DNA from: Euglena gracilis
Lineage: Eukaryota
Reading direction: 5' to 3'
Assembly (NCBI GenBank): GCA_039621445.1
Contig: CP154954.1
Span: 4,516,714 to 4,580,713, forward strand
Length of the DNA: 64,000 bases
The notes under the pieces were generated by a model. The model saw nothing but the letters and a program-made list of their open reading frames with translations. It was not told the origin of the DNA and did not search any database. Shown piece by piece: positions 1-12,700 of this stretch. Numbering within the stretch: the stretch's first letter is position 1; every line of letters begins with the position of its first letter. A program made the position numbers and the translations under genes.

Positions 1-194
1 GATTTCTCCAGAAGGAGAAACTCAACGAGTGCCTTTCATGGGGACAACAACGTTTGACCTTGGTTTGGAACGTTGACTTTTTCAGAAACATTTTCCATCG
101 TTGACAGCTGGACAAAGTTTTGGAGACCAATGGACATTTCTTTCGGCCATGCAACACAGCAGCAGCAGCAGTGGGAGGACGCGCGCGGAGCGGC

Positions 195-2580
195 CCCCTC
201 GGGGAACAGCAGCCCGTCCACCAGCATCAGGATCTGGACGGGCCCCCAGGACTCCAGCGTGTTGCGCCCAGGGCGGCGCTGGTTTCCAGAAAGGGAAGAT
301 CCCCCTGGGGTTGAGACAAGGAAGACCAGGAGCACAAAAAAAATAACGGATAAGATAACAAAGCGCCTTTAAAAACCATGAATTTCTTGGCCAAAATGAC
401 TTAAAAATCCCTTTAAAGCCTTAAGATCTTTAAAAAAAAAGTTCTCGAAATTACAGCCAAAATGAAGCCGTAAAACCTCGGCAAACCAAAAAGTAAGATG
501 GGGGGAAAATGATTTCTGGCATCACTGGAAGATTGTCAAGAATAGGGTCCTCAACTTTTTTGATTTGACCCTGTTCGATCCCGGGAAGGCTCCCTTTGAA
601 CGTCCATGAAAACACACACCTAGAAATGACTAAAAAAAAAACCTCAGAATACGCCTTAAAACATTAAAACTCTTTAAAAGTTTACGCCTTAAGGAGTACC
701 CTGGTTCTGAGTGTCAAAAATTGATTTTGGGACACAGACTCCAAAACATGCATCTGGTGCGCAAAAATATTCGGAGATGACAGACTCAAGTTAATGTTTT
801 GGACAGGGCCAGAAACGTCGACAAAAAGAATGAATGAATCCTTGATTTTGGTCCCCAGCAGGGATTATTCTCAAAGGCTCCTGGAAAAAGGTGCGGCTGG
901 ACACCCACCCTCCCCACTTGGGGATGGGGGTCCAGAGGGAGGGGTCCGGCCGGCTGGGAGCTGGGCCCGGCGGGGACCAAAAAACCCAAATTCAGTTGGG
1001 TTGGGATTTTTAACCAAAAGTTGAAAGGGAAAACCCAAGCCCGACCCAAAAGAGGGTTTTTGGGGGCAATTTACCCCCATTATTTCAAACTATTTTCAGG
1101 CCCAGCTTTGCTTTGCTCTGCTTCGCTGGCTTTGCTTTGCTTTGCTTCGCGCTTTATTTCAGTTGGGGGTGTGGACCCCCCAGGGGGGGGTCTGCAGCCT
1201 GGCTGGGAGGTGCTGGCTGGAAAAAAGTTGCTGTCTGGCTGGACCCCCGGGGGAGGGTCCCCTCCGGCTTCAGCTGGTCCCCCTGGAGACGAAGTTTCAT
1301 TTCAATATTGTCATAATTGTTTGTTGCAATTATTGTTGTTCAAGTCTGGAGACCGCCTTCATCGTGGAGACTGCGGTCCACATTGATTGACTTGCATTAC
1401 ATTTGGAATGTGCCCAGCAGCAGCATGCTCAGCAGCTGCGGGAGCAAGGCTTCGACTTGAACGCAAAGGTTGCGGGTTGGGTCCATGGCGGCACCGATGG
1501 CAGTTCCCCAGGGTGGGCCCTGACCCTGGTGTGCGCGCTGCACAGAATTGAACTTCTCGTGGTCCTTGTCGTCCTTGCTCCCGGCACGGGCCTTCCATCC
1601 CATTCCCCATGAGATCCAGGGTGGGTGCCAGAAGGGAAGAGCCTTCTTGCAAATGCTGGGCCATTTTGGGCCGTTTTTGGGGTCAAAAAACCGAAGTTTC
1701 CAAAAAAAATACTCAGAAATGAAGCAAAATCAAAAGAAAACTTCTGGAGTCCGAAATTGAAGCACTTACGATGACTATTCAATGGTATTTTGATTTCCCC
1801 GCAACGCCTGGCCCGAAATATGGCCGATTTACGGCCGAAACCAGTGGTGACTTAGCCGTTTTCGGGATAGCGGGGCACAGATTTTTTTACAGGAGAGTTG
1901 ACAAAAGTGGACATCCCGAACCCTTGGGGGGGGGGGATTCGGGATGACCACTTTCTTTCTTTCTGGAGATCAGCTTTAGGAGCAAAAAATTGCTCGGTAT
2001 TTTTTGCGATAAATAGGAAAACCACCCAAACTGATCCTCCCCCGCGTGGGGAGGTGTTCAGTGCGAACCCCCTCACCCGGCCTTAAGAAAACCTCTGGAG
2101 AGCTGCCCACTGGAGTGAAATGAAGCAGATCCGTACAACAGTCTGTGGAGAAGCCTGTGGGCGGCATACAGCGCCGGGTACGGCACGTTGTACTTCTTGC
2201 GGGCGTTCATCACGAGGGTCATCAGGTACAGGTTCATGAACCAGGACCAGGCTTGTTTTTGCCAACGTGGGGGGGGTGCTATGAGCAGGTGGGCAGTCAC
2301 CCCCCCCCCGGTCAGTTCTGGCCCTGGTGCCTGCTGACCCAGCCAATTATCCCTTGAAATGGCCATTTTGAGGCCCCGGTGCCTTCGGCAACGGGGCGTG
2401 TGCTATAGCACGACCCACCCAAAACCCGAATAGGTCGAAAATGCCCTTCCCCCCTGCCTGCCTACAGCACCCCCCCCCCCGGGGTGAGCTTCGTCAAAAA
2501 AACAAAAAAAGGAAGCCTGACCAGGAGAGCCCGATCACCAGCACCACGTACCCATACTCGTCTGGGATGACGATGGCCAT
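195..2580 (-). CDS. MAPEG-family microsomal glutathione S-transferase 3-like gene (multi-exon, 3' part probably outside window)
   Basis: Exons 2523-2580, 2161-2242, ~1526-1585 and ~195-263 splice to MAIVIPDEYGYVVLVIGLSWFMNLYLMTLVMNARKKYNVPYPALYA..GSKDDKDHEKFNSVQRAHQNTLESWGPVQILMLVDGLLFP, containing the MAPEG motifs ARKKYxVxYP and FNxxQRAHQNTLE. The exon 2/3 junction and end of exon 4 are unresolved. Confidence 0.92.
264..1525 (-). other. Nonconventional intron 3 of MAPEG gene
   Basis: CAC CAG|GGT-CAGGGC...GCCCTG-GGCGC|AAC ACG; the junction is fixed by the conserved HQNTLE motif and no sliding repeat is present. Confidence 0.85.
2243..2522 (-). other. Nonconventional (non GT-AG) intron 1 of MAPEG gene; body 2248-2519 is a diverged MITE
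   Basis: Minus strand T|GGT-CAGGCTT...AAGCCTG-GTCCT|GG; removal restores L-S-W-F-M. Flanks ACCAGGAC (2240-2247) / ACCAGGAG (2520-2527) are a 7/8 TSD. Confidence 0.85.
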
Positions 2581-3689
2581 GTTTGGTGGCGGAGGGGAAA
2601 AGCGAAGCCGCACTGTGCGGGGAGACAAGCGTGGAACAGGGCGGTGGGAAGCTGACCACAACCTCAGTCTACACGCGCGATGGGAAGCAAGCTGTCACCA
2701 GTTGGGTCAGCTCACAAATAATGCAGCAGTAGCAGCACCACCAGCAGCACTTTTTCAGATTGCTCAAGAACAAGCATTGCACCTGGGACCAAGATAAAAC
2801 CAACCACATGCCCCCTACTTGCACTGACCAGACATCTAGTACCTGATTTGATGCCAAATTGGTACCAAAGACATTTCCATGTGAACTCTGGTCCTGGGAC
2901 CCGAGAAACAGGAAATACGATGGAGGAGGACTACGAGGAAATAGACCAGTAACATGGAGTAATTGTTTTCCGCATGAGTTCCTTTGAAAAGTTTCCCCAA
3001 AATTTTCTGCAAAAGAATTGAAGTGCATTTATTGTTCAGGCTTCGCTGAGAAAGGGACTCTTGGGTCCCTCTGCCTCTTCGCATCGCGAACAAATAATTG
3101 CCAGAATATGAAGCTCTGAAAACGCAGGATCCACCACAATCAGTCCGCTTTTTTCAATTGGAGAGCTCCAAAACAGGTGGTGGTGTTTCTGGGTGTTCTC
3201 CGCGATTCCAAAAGCAGGAATTTGACAGACAGTTGACTTTGCTCCTGAGGAACACTGCGCTGGTGTAGTTTAGGTTCTTATTAAAGGCCCCGGGGGGTCC
3301 ACTAGCTTGCAAGTGCTGGCCATTAGAAAAAAGCCACTGATAGACACCCTCTTGTACAAAACCTGGCATTTTGACAAATTTTGACAAACAAACTTTGGCA
3401 CTTTGACGAACGAAAAAATTGTTGGGTGGCACACTGGGATTTCCACAACCCAAATTGGACGAGTCAATAATCTTGTAATTTGGAGTTGCTGCAGTCCAGC
3501 CCACCCCCAGGAATTGCTACTGCAAAACCTAAGCAGAAGCTTCTGCAGGATGCATACGCATTCACAAATTCAACACTCCAAAAGTCAGGTGTCGGACAGG
3601 GTCGACAATCCCTGCCCAATGCGAGGTTTGACACAGTTGTGGAATGCTACTTGCAAAGCATTCAGAAAAGCAGCGGCCGAGGGTCAGCC

Positions 3690-6600
3690 ACGCTTCAGTT
3701 GGTAGCACACGTGTGACGTGGGGATGGTCTGGGACGGCGTCATTCGGCGACGGTTTCGAACCGCAACCTGGGGCCATCGCAGAACGACAGAGAGCACTAC
3801 GGAGGCCTTCCGAGTGGGCCGCAGGCTCAGCCGTGCCGAGCTCCACATACGCTGTAGCAGCTGCGACCACAGGCAGGACTGCAAAGGACGTGATGGCCCC
3901 ACCCACAACCTGCTGGCTGGCGGCAATTCACTGGGCAAATGATTGGTGGCGCACTCCCAAAGGAAAGCAAGCCAACACATTCCATGAGATAAATGCAGCG
4001 AGGTAGGCAGAAAGAAGCCAAAAAAAAACTTTGCAGACATTTACCCGCCCTCCCCCCCGGGCAACTGTCGCGTGACAAATTGGGCAGCACGGAGGGGGGT
4101 GACAATTTCCCGGGTGACAATTTGGCCGGCACAGAGGGGGGTGACAATTGCCCGGGGGCGTCATTTATGCCGAAACGTTGTTGGGCACTTCCCAAAGCTC
4201 CACAACAAAATGGAGTCGTTCAAAAACATTAGCTTGGGAGTGAGGGGTCTGGAAAATCTGGTGGTCCCTTCAGATTCAAAACAAACACATTGCACATCCA
4301 ATCCTGAGCACATTTGCTTCAGATGGACAGACTGTCGTGCCTCATCGCAAACAGACTGGCAACACCTTTGGAAGAGGACTGGTAGCACACAAAACAACAA
4401 CAAATAAATTAACAAGATTATGGGATGTCATGTGAGCATTGTCTTTCGATGATGTGATCGCCATCAAATGAGATGACGTACAAACAGTGCATACGTGTGC
4501 CATGCCCCCATGTATGCTGGCCCTTGTCCAAGACCGACACCGCCTGTATAAGACCCCCATCCATAAAAGACTTTGAGGGAACGGGGGGTCCTTTGGGGGG
4601 GGGGGCATGGTACCCCACGCCAAAGTCCAGGAAAACTGCGGTTGACACGAGAGGGGGATGACATGCACAAGCGTTGTTGAGGAGAAGGGGAAGGCGTTTG
4701 CAGGCAACGACAGCAAAAACGAAAAAGAAGGAAGGGGAATAGCAGGTGTTTCTCGACTCGGCCACCGGAACACTTTCAGGTGCGGAGCGAAAGGCGGGCC
4801 GTTGCCGGTCTGGGTGCTTCAGATGCCACGCCGCCCTGGCGCCCCGCAGCATAGCCCTCATCCTGCTAAGGACCGCAGCAGCGGTTTTTAAACACCTGAA
4901 AGGGCAGTCAAGGCGGGGCGGGCACCACGGCTTGGGGGAGACGGCATGGGGGGAGATGCCTAATCCCGAGAGGGTCTTGGGGTCGAAACCTCTGGGCTAC
5001 TGTGGCGCAGGCGACGAGGCACCGGAAGGCGTTGGACACCGGGGCGGGCATGGCCGGGCGGGCCGTCGTGTTCGCTGGCAGCGGCTCATCCCCGAGGGGC
5101 TCCCGCCCTCCAGCCCACGTGCTAATCCCACCCCCCCCCCCCGCTTGAGAAAACCCCCAGGACGACCAACCAAAGCACGACGTATAACCCGCCCCCGATG
5201 AACAAAAACGAAGGGCGCTGGGCACGGTTTTCAGGGCGCAAAATCCCCAAACTGATTTTTGGCAAATGCCATGTGAACACCCATGAGCAAAAATGCCATT
5301 ATTGACAAAGTTTGCCAAAACTTGACAATGCAGGGTTTGGGGGCATTTTGGGGTTGGATTCTCACCAACAAATCCTTGACCACCTGTACCTCTTCAGCTG
5401 ATCTGATCCAATAAACCCCGGGGGTTTTGCAAATGGGGGGGGGGGGTTAACAGTTTTGCGAATATTCAGACACTGCATTTCGAACCATCATAATAATATG
5501 CAAATACCTTGCGGCGTTTTGGTCCAGATCGGCCAATCAGAACTGCCAATCAGAATAGGCTGTTCGACAGTGCACATTGTGAACGGCGGGCGTTGGAGGT
5601 GAAGGAGAATGCCATGAGCATTTTTACTGTTGCTTGAGTGTAGACTTCTCCTTAATGTAGTTTTGGTCTCCCTGGACCAGTTGATGGCTGAGTTGATACT
5701 GTGCTGCCAGAAACATTCCAAAAATGCTTGGATATTGTCCATTGGCCAAAGAAAACAGCCCACAAGTAACAAATTACTGGTGCAACTGCCCCTGTTTCAC
5801 AGTGCACCCAAGAGTGCCCCAACTTTCAATCCGCGAAGGAGGACAAGGTTTTTGGCCTAAATTTTGGCACACATGGTAGGGACCCCCCCACACACAGCAT
5901 CGTCGTTGTCAACAGGGTGGCAGGGGGTCGGTAGACCTCACCCAACCCACCCACACACCGACCCTTCCACAAGAATTGGGCCGGGCGGGGAGCAGATGGC
6001 CAACACCTTGCCGCCGTACGTGATGCCTGTCTGTTGCAGGGTGTGGCCGTCGGAGCACTGTCGGCCTGCGGAGAGCGGCTGTTGAGGATGGACGGGTTTG
6101 AAATGGGGCAGTGCTCGAGGGGTGGAAACGGGCGAAGCTTTATGCCCCCTGCGAAACTATTCTCCGCCGGGACTCGCTAACTGCCACCGTGGACCCATTC
6201 CTCCTCCCTTGTCCAAGGCGCAGAAATTTTCTACGGATGTGCAGTTGACAGGGGGGGTTCAATGACACGGTGAGTCAATGCCACAATGCATGAATGAGAA
6301 GCCCCTGTTGCCCCAGAAAGTGCTGTTGGCACAGAGGGTCGATGGCACGGTGTGCCTTAGACAGGGGAACCCCTCAGGGAAACTGGTAGGAGACCTGCGC
6401 CTATGAGGACAGGTCAGCAAGTTCGCAGCAGGGACAATTTCCTGGGGGGGGGGTCGGGTCTGAGGGAAAAGGTGCACATCTTTCGACCAACCAACACAAA
6501 AATCCAAAAAAAATTCAGAAGCCTGGAGACAAGGCTCAAATTTCTAAACCTCAGAAGATCATTATTGTTTTCAAAGAAGAGGAATTGCGATATCAGGTTG

Positions 6601-8802
6601 GTGGGTGCAAGGCGAGGAAACGCTTTCCAAGAGGACAGGTCAACAAGCAAAGAGGGGAAGAGCAATTTCCGGGAGGGTGGGCAGCCCTGCAAAAAAAAAT
6701 GGTGTGGAAATCAGACATCTCTCTAAGGTTTTGCGAACCCCCCGGGGGGGGGGGAGCTGCAGCCAGCCCCGATTTGGGCCCAGCCCAGCCGCAGCCCACC
6801 CCACCCCCGGGGGGGGGGGGGGGGGGTGCTGCTAGTCCTAGCTAGCCAGCCCCTTTTTGGGGGTCCAGCCCAAAATTTTTCGGCGCAAAGCGCCGAATTT
6901 TTTTGAAAAACTGTGTTCAAAAGTGGCCAAAAATGGGTTTGGGGGGTGTTTGGGCCATTTTTGGGGGGTTTCAGATGCATCATTTTTTCAAAACTGTGTT
7001 CTGCAGGACATTTTTGGGCATTTTTCTGATTTCAGTTCAGCTCGCCCCGGTTCGGGTCCAGCCGGGGTCCAGCCCCCCCCAGGGGGGGGGGGCTAGCCAG
7101 CCCAAATTTCTAGCCAGCCCAAATTCCTAGCCAGCCCAAATTTCTAGCCCTAGCCCAGCAACCCCCCGGGGTCCTTAAAGAGATGTATGGTGGAAATGGT
7201 AGAGCGCCAAGAGGGAGACACAACAGCGTCGGACCTTGCACCACCAGTCGCACATTCCAGTTGCCCTCCGGCAGGACGGTTTGCCGGAGGTGGTCCTTCA
7301 GGTCGCCAATGCTCTCGTGCCTGAGGAAGAGCAGCGGATGGATTCCGTGTATTTCTGATGTTTCTGGTGAATGTTTCTCTGAAGGTGAGGGGATCGTTTC
7401 CCAGTGTGGACCGTTTCGTGTGTGTTTCACGAGGACCTCCAAAATGGGAACAATGAGGGAGTCACCTGCCAAAGCGCACCACCACAGGGCCTTCAGATGG
7501 GCGGGTTTCCGAACGATCATGAGCAGGGTCAATGATGTGAGAACTGTGGAATAGGCTTTGTTTTGGCCAAGGTAGAATCCCACAAGGATTCAAGGTGAAG
7601 CCAGTTTTGAAGAGATTAGGCTTTGGTAGGGGGGTGGCAGAGAAGGGGGGGAAGACAAAGAGGAAAGTAGCGACCCAACAACATGGTGGCAGAGAAAAAG
7701 ATAACAGAACAGAATACTGGGGCGCGATATGATCAGGCATTTGCTTAAGGACCCGGGGGGGGGGGGGGTACTGGCTAGCCAATCGGCTAGACACTGGAAA
7801 AAATGAACTAGCTAGAACCCTCCCCCCGGGGGAGGGGGGGGTCCGGGTGTCCCCCGAACTGGAAAAAAAATTTTCCTCCGGCGCACAGCGCCGGAGGAAA
7901 AATGAGGTTTTTAATAGGTTTTTGGCTGATTTTGTTCCAAAAATTCCCCAAAATGGACAAAAACGGGCATTTTTGGCCATTTTGGGGGGTCCCAAAAAAA
8001 TTTTCCGCGCTTCGCGCCGGTCACTGGAAAAAAAATTTCCACTAGCTAGCCCTGCTAGCATACCCCCCCCCTGGGGGGGGTCTGCTAGAAATCCCACTAG
8101 CCAAATTTGGGCTAGTTGCTGTCCACCCCCCCGGGGGGGGGGGGGGGTACTGCAATCCCTTAAGCAAATGCCTGGATATGATTCCATCCCTGTCAAAAAC
8201 TGAGTCAACCTACCAAACTTTGTTTGGCCCAGCAGCTCTCCCCCCCCTGCCAGGGGTCGCTGCTAGCCCAGCCAGCCGGAAAGGCTGGACAGCCAGCCCA
8301 AATTTCCAGCACTCCAGCAATCCCCCTGGGGTCCTTAAAGAGGTGGTTGATCGGGTTCCATCAGCAGCTGACAGAACCTTGCCACCGGCACAAAATAAAA
8401 GGTATTCAAAAATGGTCACAGTCCTCAGTTGCACAGAACAGAACTGGCTACGTATTTATCACCCTGTTTGTCCAAAATGGAAACCAATTCGCATCAAAGA
8501 AATCTAGAAAGACATCACAAACAGGGGTTTTTTTAAGACCGGGAGGGGAGGGGGGGAGGGGGTCGGCACCCACTGCAAAACCTCAATGAGATGTGTGACT
8601 CGTGGAATGACAGATGCCGATGCCGTAACTGTGCTACAACGAGATGTGTTTGCCTTGGCCGCCATCCCCCACCCCGCACACAGCCGCCCTGTCCACGGGG
8701 CAGCGTCACCGCCACGAAGAAGCGAATGGGCAGACCGCTGGGCGCCGCGGAATGCAAGACCGCGGGGCCCTCGATGGAAATGGCCACTTCGCCGTTTTCC
8801 AT
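3690..8802 (-). CDS. Putative ubiquitin-like-domain protein with C-terminal hydrophobic segment (multi-exon)
   Basis: Exons ~7235-7354 and ~6006-6065 join via GT-AG intron 6066-7234 to IHPLLFLRHESIGDLKDHLRQTVLPEGNWNVRLVVQGRQCSDGHTLQQTGITYGGK, a UBL-like pattern. In-frame GT-AG intron 4896-4989. Other candidate exons 8690-8802 (MENGEVAISIEG), 7466-7545, 4990-5120, 4745-4895, 3690-3908. Ends uncertain. Confidence 0.6.
6712..7189. mobile_element. hAT-like MITE, family B
   Basis: TIR CAGACATCTCTCTAAGG / CCTTAAAGAGATGTATG; TSD GTGGAAAT 8/8; second copy inverted at 42021-42502. Confidence 0.9.
7734..8174. mobile_element. hAT-like MITE, family A (CTAG-rich)
   Basis: TIR CAGGCATTTGCTTAAGG / CCTTAAGCAAATGCCTG; TSD GATATGAT 8/8; near-identical to 14223-14669 and 16741-17183. 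Confidence 0.92.
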
Positions 8803-9795
8803 CGGAGAAGAGCATCAGCGGAGAGCCATGCCGGCTGCAGACCAAAAAAACCAATAACATAAACGGTGAAGGGAACAGCAGGCTGAAACTGGGTGAAAAG
8901 CAAAGCCATCAAGCCCCCGACTCTTTTTACAGAGATTATTTTTTGTTCACGTTCATTTCTGGAGCACCAAAGCTCATTTGTATTCAAACCAATGGTGGAT
9001 CCTGAAAACAAGATTTATCATTACCACTAACTGTCTTTGTGACGTTGTGTTGAAAAAAACAAGCTCGACCTTCTTTCTCCTCATAAGAAGGTTTGTTCAT
9101 TTTGGAGGCCTTTGGGGGATTACTTGGCAGACATTTACAAGAAGCTGTAAAACGTGGGGGAAGGGGCGCCATCTTCATTGTCCAACCCATAAAGAGTCTG
9201 AAGTATACCTATAAAGTGCCTTCATTTCCAGGAACAGATTGGATGTAATTTATTCATAACTCAGGATTGGATTTTGCGCAACCAAGTGCGAGATCAGGCC
9301 GCCTAAGTTGGTATCCTCCTGATGGGGTCAGGGTTTCAGCTGGGGCGACCGCATACCGCGTAATCCTAGGTGTTTTTTTTATTGAGAGAATTCGAATCAA
9401 ATGATACCTGATCTTAGGCCAAAATTCCGCCCAATAGGACAAATCGAACCGCACAAAGTTACCACTTTTTGACAGTCCCAAGCAGTTGCGCCGAGATCCG
9501 TCAAATGTATTCAGGATGCGGTCTTGTGCCCTACGACCGCAGGGGCAACTGTGAAAACTTTGACCACTGGGTGTCCTGACTGCGCCAGAAGACATGTTTC
9601 ACACGAAGCTTGGGCATGTCTCACATGGAACATCAACAACCTGGCAGGGGGGTGATAGGCACCCAAATGGGGGGGTCAAGCAGGAGGATGATGAGACGCC
9701 AAGGGCTCTCGACCAAACAGTCTGGGGGAGGGGTATTTTGCAGTTGTGTGTGCTGTGTTGTGTGAAACGGAAACAGGGTTCGGTATGACGCAGTG

Positions 9796-12700
9796 TCACG
9801 CGCAGGAGCGCAGGTGGGCGGCGACCTCCCCGCAGCGGGCCTCCACCTTCAGGCAGGCCAGGTCGTCGCCGCGCGTGGGCCCAACGTTGGCGATGACGAT
9901 GGGCACCTTGTTGGCGTGGGCGTGGCGGATGTACCTGGGCCATGGCAGGGGATACGCAGGAGATGGGGCCAGGGCTTTTTTAAGACCTGGGGGGAAGGGA
10001 AGGTCCCCCCACCCACCCAGGGTTCGATATAAGGAGAGGAGGGGGGGGTGGTCCGGACCCCCCCCTGGGGGCCAGGAGGGGGGGGGGTGGGGGGGGACAC
10101 CCCCCCCCACCTAAACAGTGGCGCGGTCAGGGTGACCGATTTTCGGCCCGGCGCTTCGCGCCGGGCCGAAAAATTTTGACCCCCCAAAACGACCAAAAGT
10201 GCCATTTTGGGCACTTTTTGGGCAAAAATTGGCCAAAAATGCAAAAAATTTTCGGCGCAAAGCGCCGGAGGAAAAAATTGGCCCTTTTTGGGGGGGGGGT
10301 CCCGGGTACCCCCCGAGGGTCGGTCCGGACCCCCCTTGCAGGTGGGGGGGGGGGTGGTCCGGACCCCCCCCTGCGGGCCAGGAGGGGGGGTGGGGGTTGG
10401 GGGGGACACCCCCCCACCTAAACCATGTACGCCCTCCTTATATCGAACCCTGCACCCACCCCCTGGGGGGCCGGGGGGTGGGGTCCCGGGGGACCCACTC
10501 AATTTTCCCCGAAAATGGCCAAACAATCGCGAAAAATGCTAAAAATAGCACCTTTTCAAAAAAATTTCACCGCCGAAAAGTATTATCTCCCCCCCCCCCC
10601 CCGGGCTCGGCCGGACACCCACCCTACCCCCCCCCCGTGGTCCAAGACTAAAAAAAAACCCTGGATAGGACAGATGTGAACCAGATTGACTTCAGCCCAC
10701 CAGAGAAGGTGCCAATCAAAAAAATAGTGTGTTATTTAAGAACAAAAGAAGGGGGGCCCCGACACTTTGGGCCGAGGGCATACCGAAAGATGGACGGGAC
10801 CTGCAGCGACGTGCCCAGGGCCAGGAGTAAGTCACTCTGGTCCAGCGGGGGCAGACCGCCCCCACCGGAGAGCCATCCCCCAGCGAGGCCGTTTGGGGCA
10901 AATGCCGGTCCCTTGCCAGCATCGGACAAGCAGCGACGCGCCTTTTCAGTTGGCCACACTACCACCACACGCACCCTGTGGGGGGCGGCAGAGTACCGCG
11001 TATTCTGTTCCAAAACAGACCGGCATTCTATGCATCAGAAACGCCCCACGTCAGAGGGGGAATTGATATCGGAGGCCAGCGGGCAAATTGCGGCAAACTG
11101 CGGTTATCGATTCCCCCCTGCCCTATGCCAGCAAGCTGTGGAGGAGCCAGCCTGGACTGCTCGTAGCCGCACTACAAGAGAAAGGTCATGGATTGGGCAG
11201 GGACGAAGGGACGAAATGGGGTCGGAGTTCTGAGAGAAACACCGGCTCTTGGCGACAAGACTTGGAAAGATTTGCCAGAGAACGTCCTGTCTCTTGTTGT
11301 CAAACGACTCACATTTTGCATGAATTTCAGATTCAGTATGCGAATGATGATATCAAATAAAAAATATTACGCAAAATATAATGTAAAAATATAATAAATA
11401 CAATAAATGCAGAAAATCATTTATAATAACATATGACTATTTCATTTTTATTATTATAATATAATAATATAATTATTATATTATTGATTATAATTATTAT
11501 ATCTAATTACATATTTATAAATATAATGCAATAATTATCATTATAAACAGCCAGCATTGCCACGCCTGCACAACGTGTTTGGGGATGCTCTCCCCGAACA
11601 TCACGACGTGCGGCTTCAGCACGCCGCCACACGCCGTGCAGTCAGGCACGGCGAAGAGCTGGGGGTCAGCCGCGAGGCGCCCGCACTCGAGGCCGGGGCA
11701 GTTTTGCAGCACCCTGTATGTAATGAACCCCTCCGGCGAATGCCTAACACACTGTGTATTGGACGCTCAAACCGAGGAGCTGAACGTCATCAGGTGCATA
11801 TTTATTTTCACTTCTGTAGGTTTATTTTAACATGTGTTCTCTATTCTGGAAATATTCAATGGAAGAATGTCATAATGGGGGGTTGTTCTGGGACCTCAAA
11901 CCAAAGCGCATTGTTTAGATGTGGGCTGGTATGGGCTGGGGCATCGAGGAGGGTCCGGGAGTTTAAGCCTGTCCCCCGCCCAGCCAGATGCGGGGGGAGG
12001 GGGGAAAGGCGCTTGCCCCGTGGGGCAGGGGCCTCGGCCAGACTGCTCTCAGCGTCCCCGTCGGGCCGCATTTGGGCCCAATCCCGCAGCTCATGGCCCA
12101 CCCCAGGCGTCTGCTCCAGGACCCCTGGCTGGGGCTCGGAACACCACTGGCTCGGCCCAAACCTCCCCCGCCACGTCGGGGTGTCGCCCCGGCTGCAAAA
12201 AAAAAAATACCTCCTCCAGCCACCGATGCGGAAATCAAGTGTGTTTTTAGCAAATTTTATTCCCGAAAACCCCAAAAATGCCCAAAGCTGGCGTTTTTGG
12301 CTGGGGTTAAGGGCAGACCCTCACTGCAGCCCCAGAGTGGTGGGGTGGTCCAATACAAATCCCACCGGCCGGTGTTTGGACGGGTTGCAGACCAGCCGCC
12401 CGCCTCCGGGGGCAATCCTCAAGCTAAGGCCTGGCCCACCCACCGTGGGTTGGCAGCGGCCATGCGGTGCTGCAGCTCCGTCCGCGGCGAAACAGCGCCG
12501 CACTGGGGGGGGGGGGGCGAGTACCTCTGGTCAACCCTGGCCCAGGGTCCAGCATCGCCCACCATCGTCGACAACAAAACACTTTGTTGCATGGCTGCAT
12601 TCACGCGCATGGCCATTGTGTGTACACGTTTTCCTATTCCAATAATCACCCCCCCCCGAAAGGACACGTTTTTGAAAGTTTCTTTGGGAGTTTGGCGAAA

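Noticed and set aside
705-715. TTCTGAGTGTC resembling part of the Euglena spliced leader as I recall it
   Set aside because: Only 11 nt, flanks do not continue the match; expected by chance.
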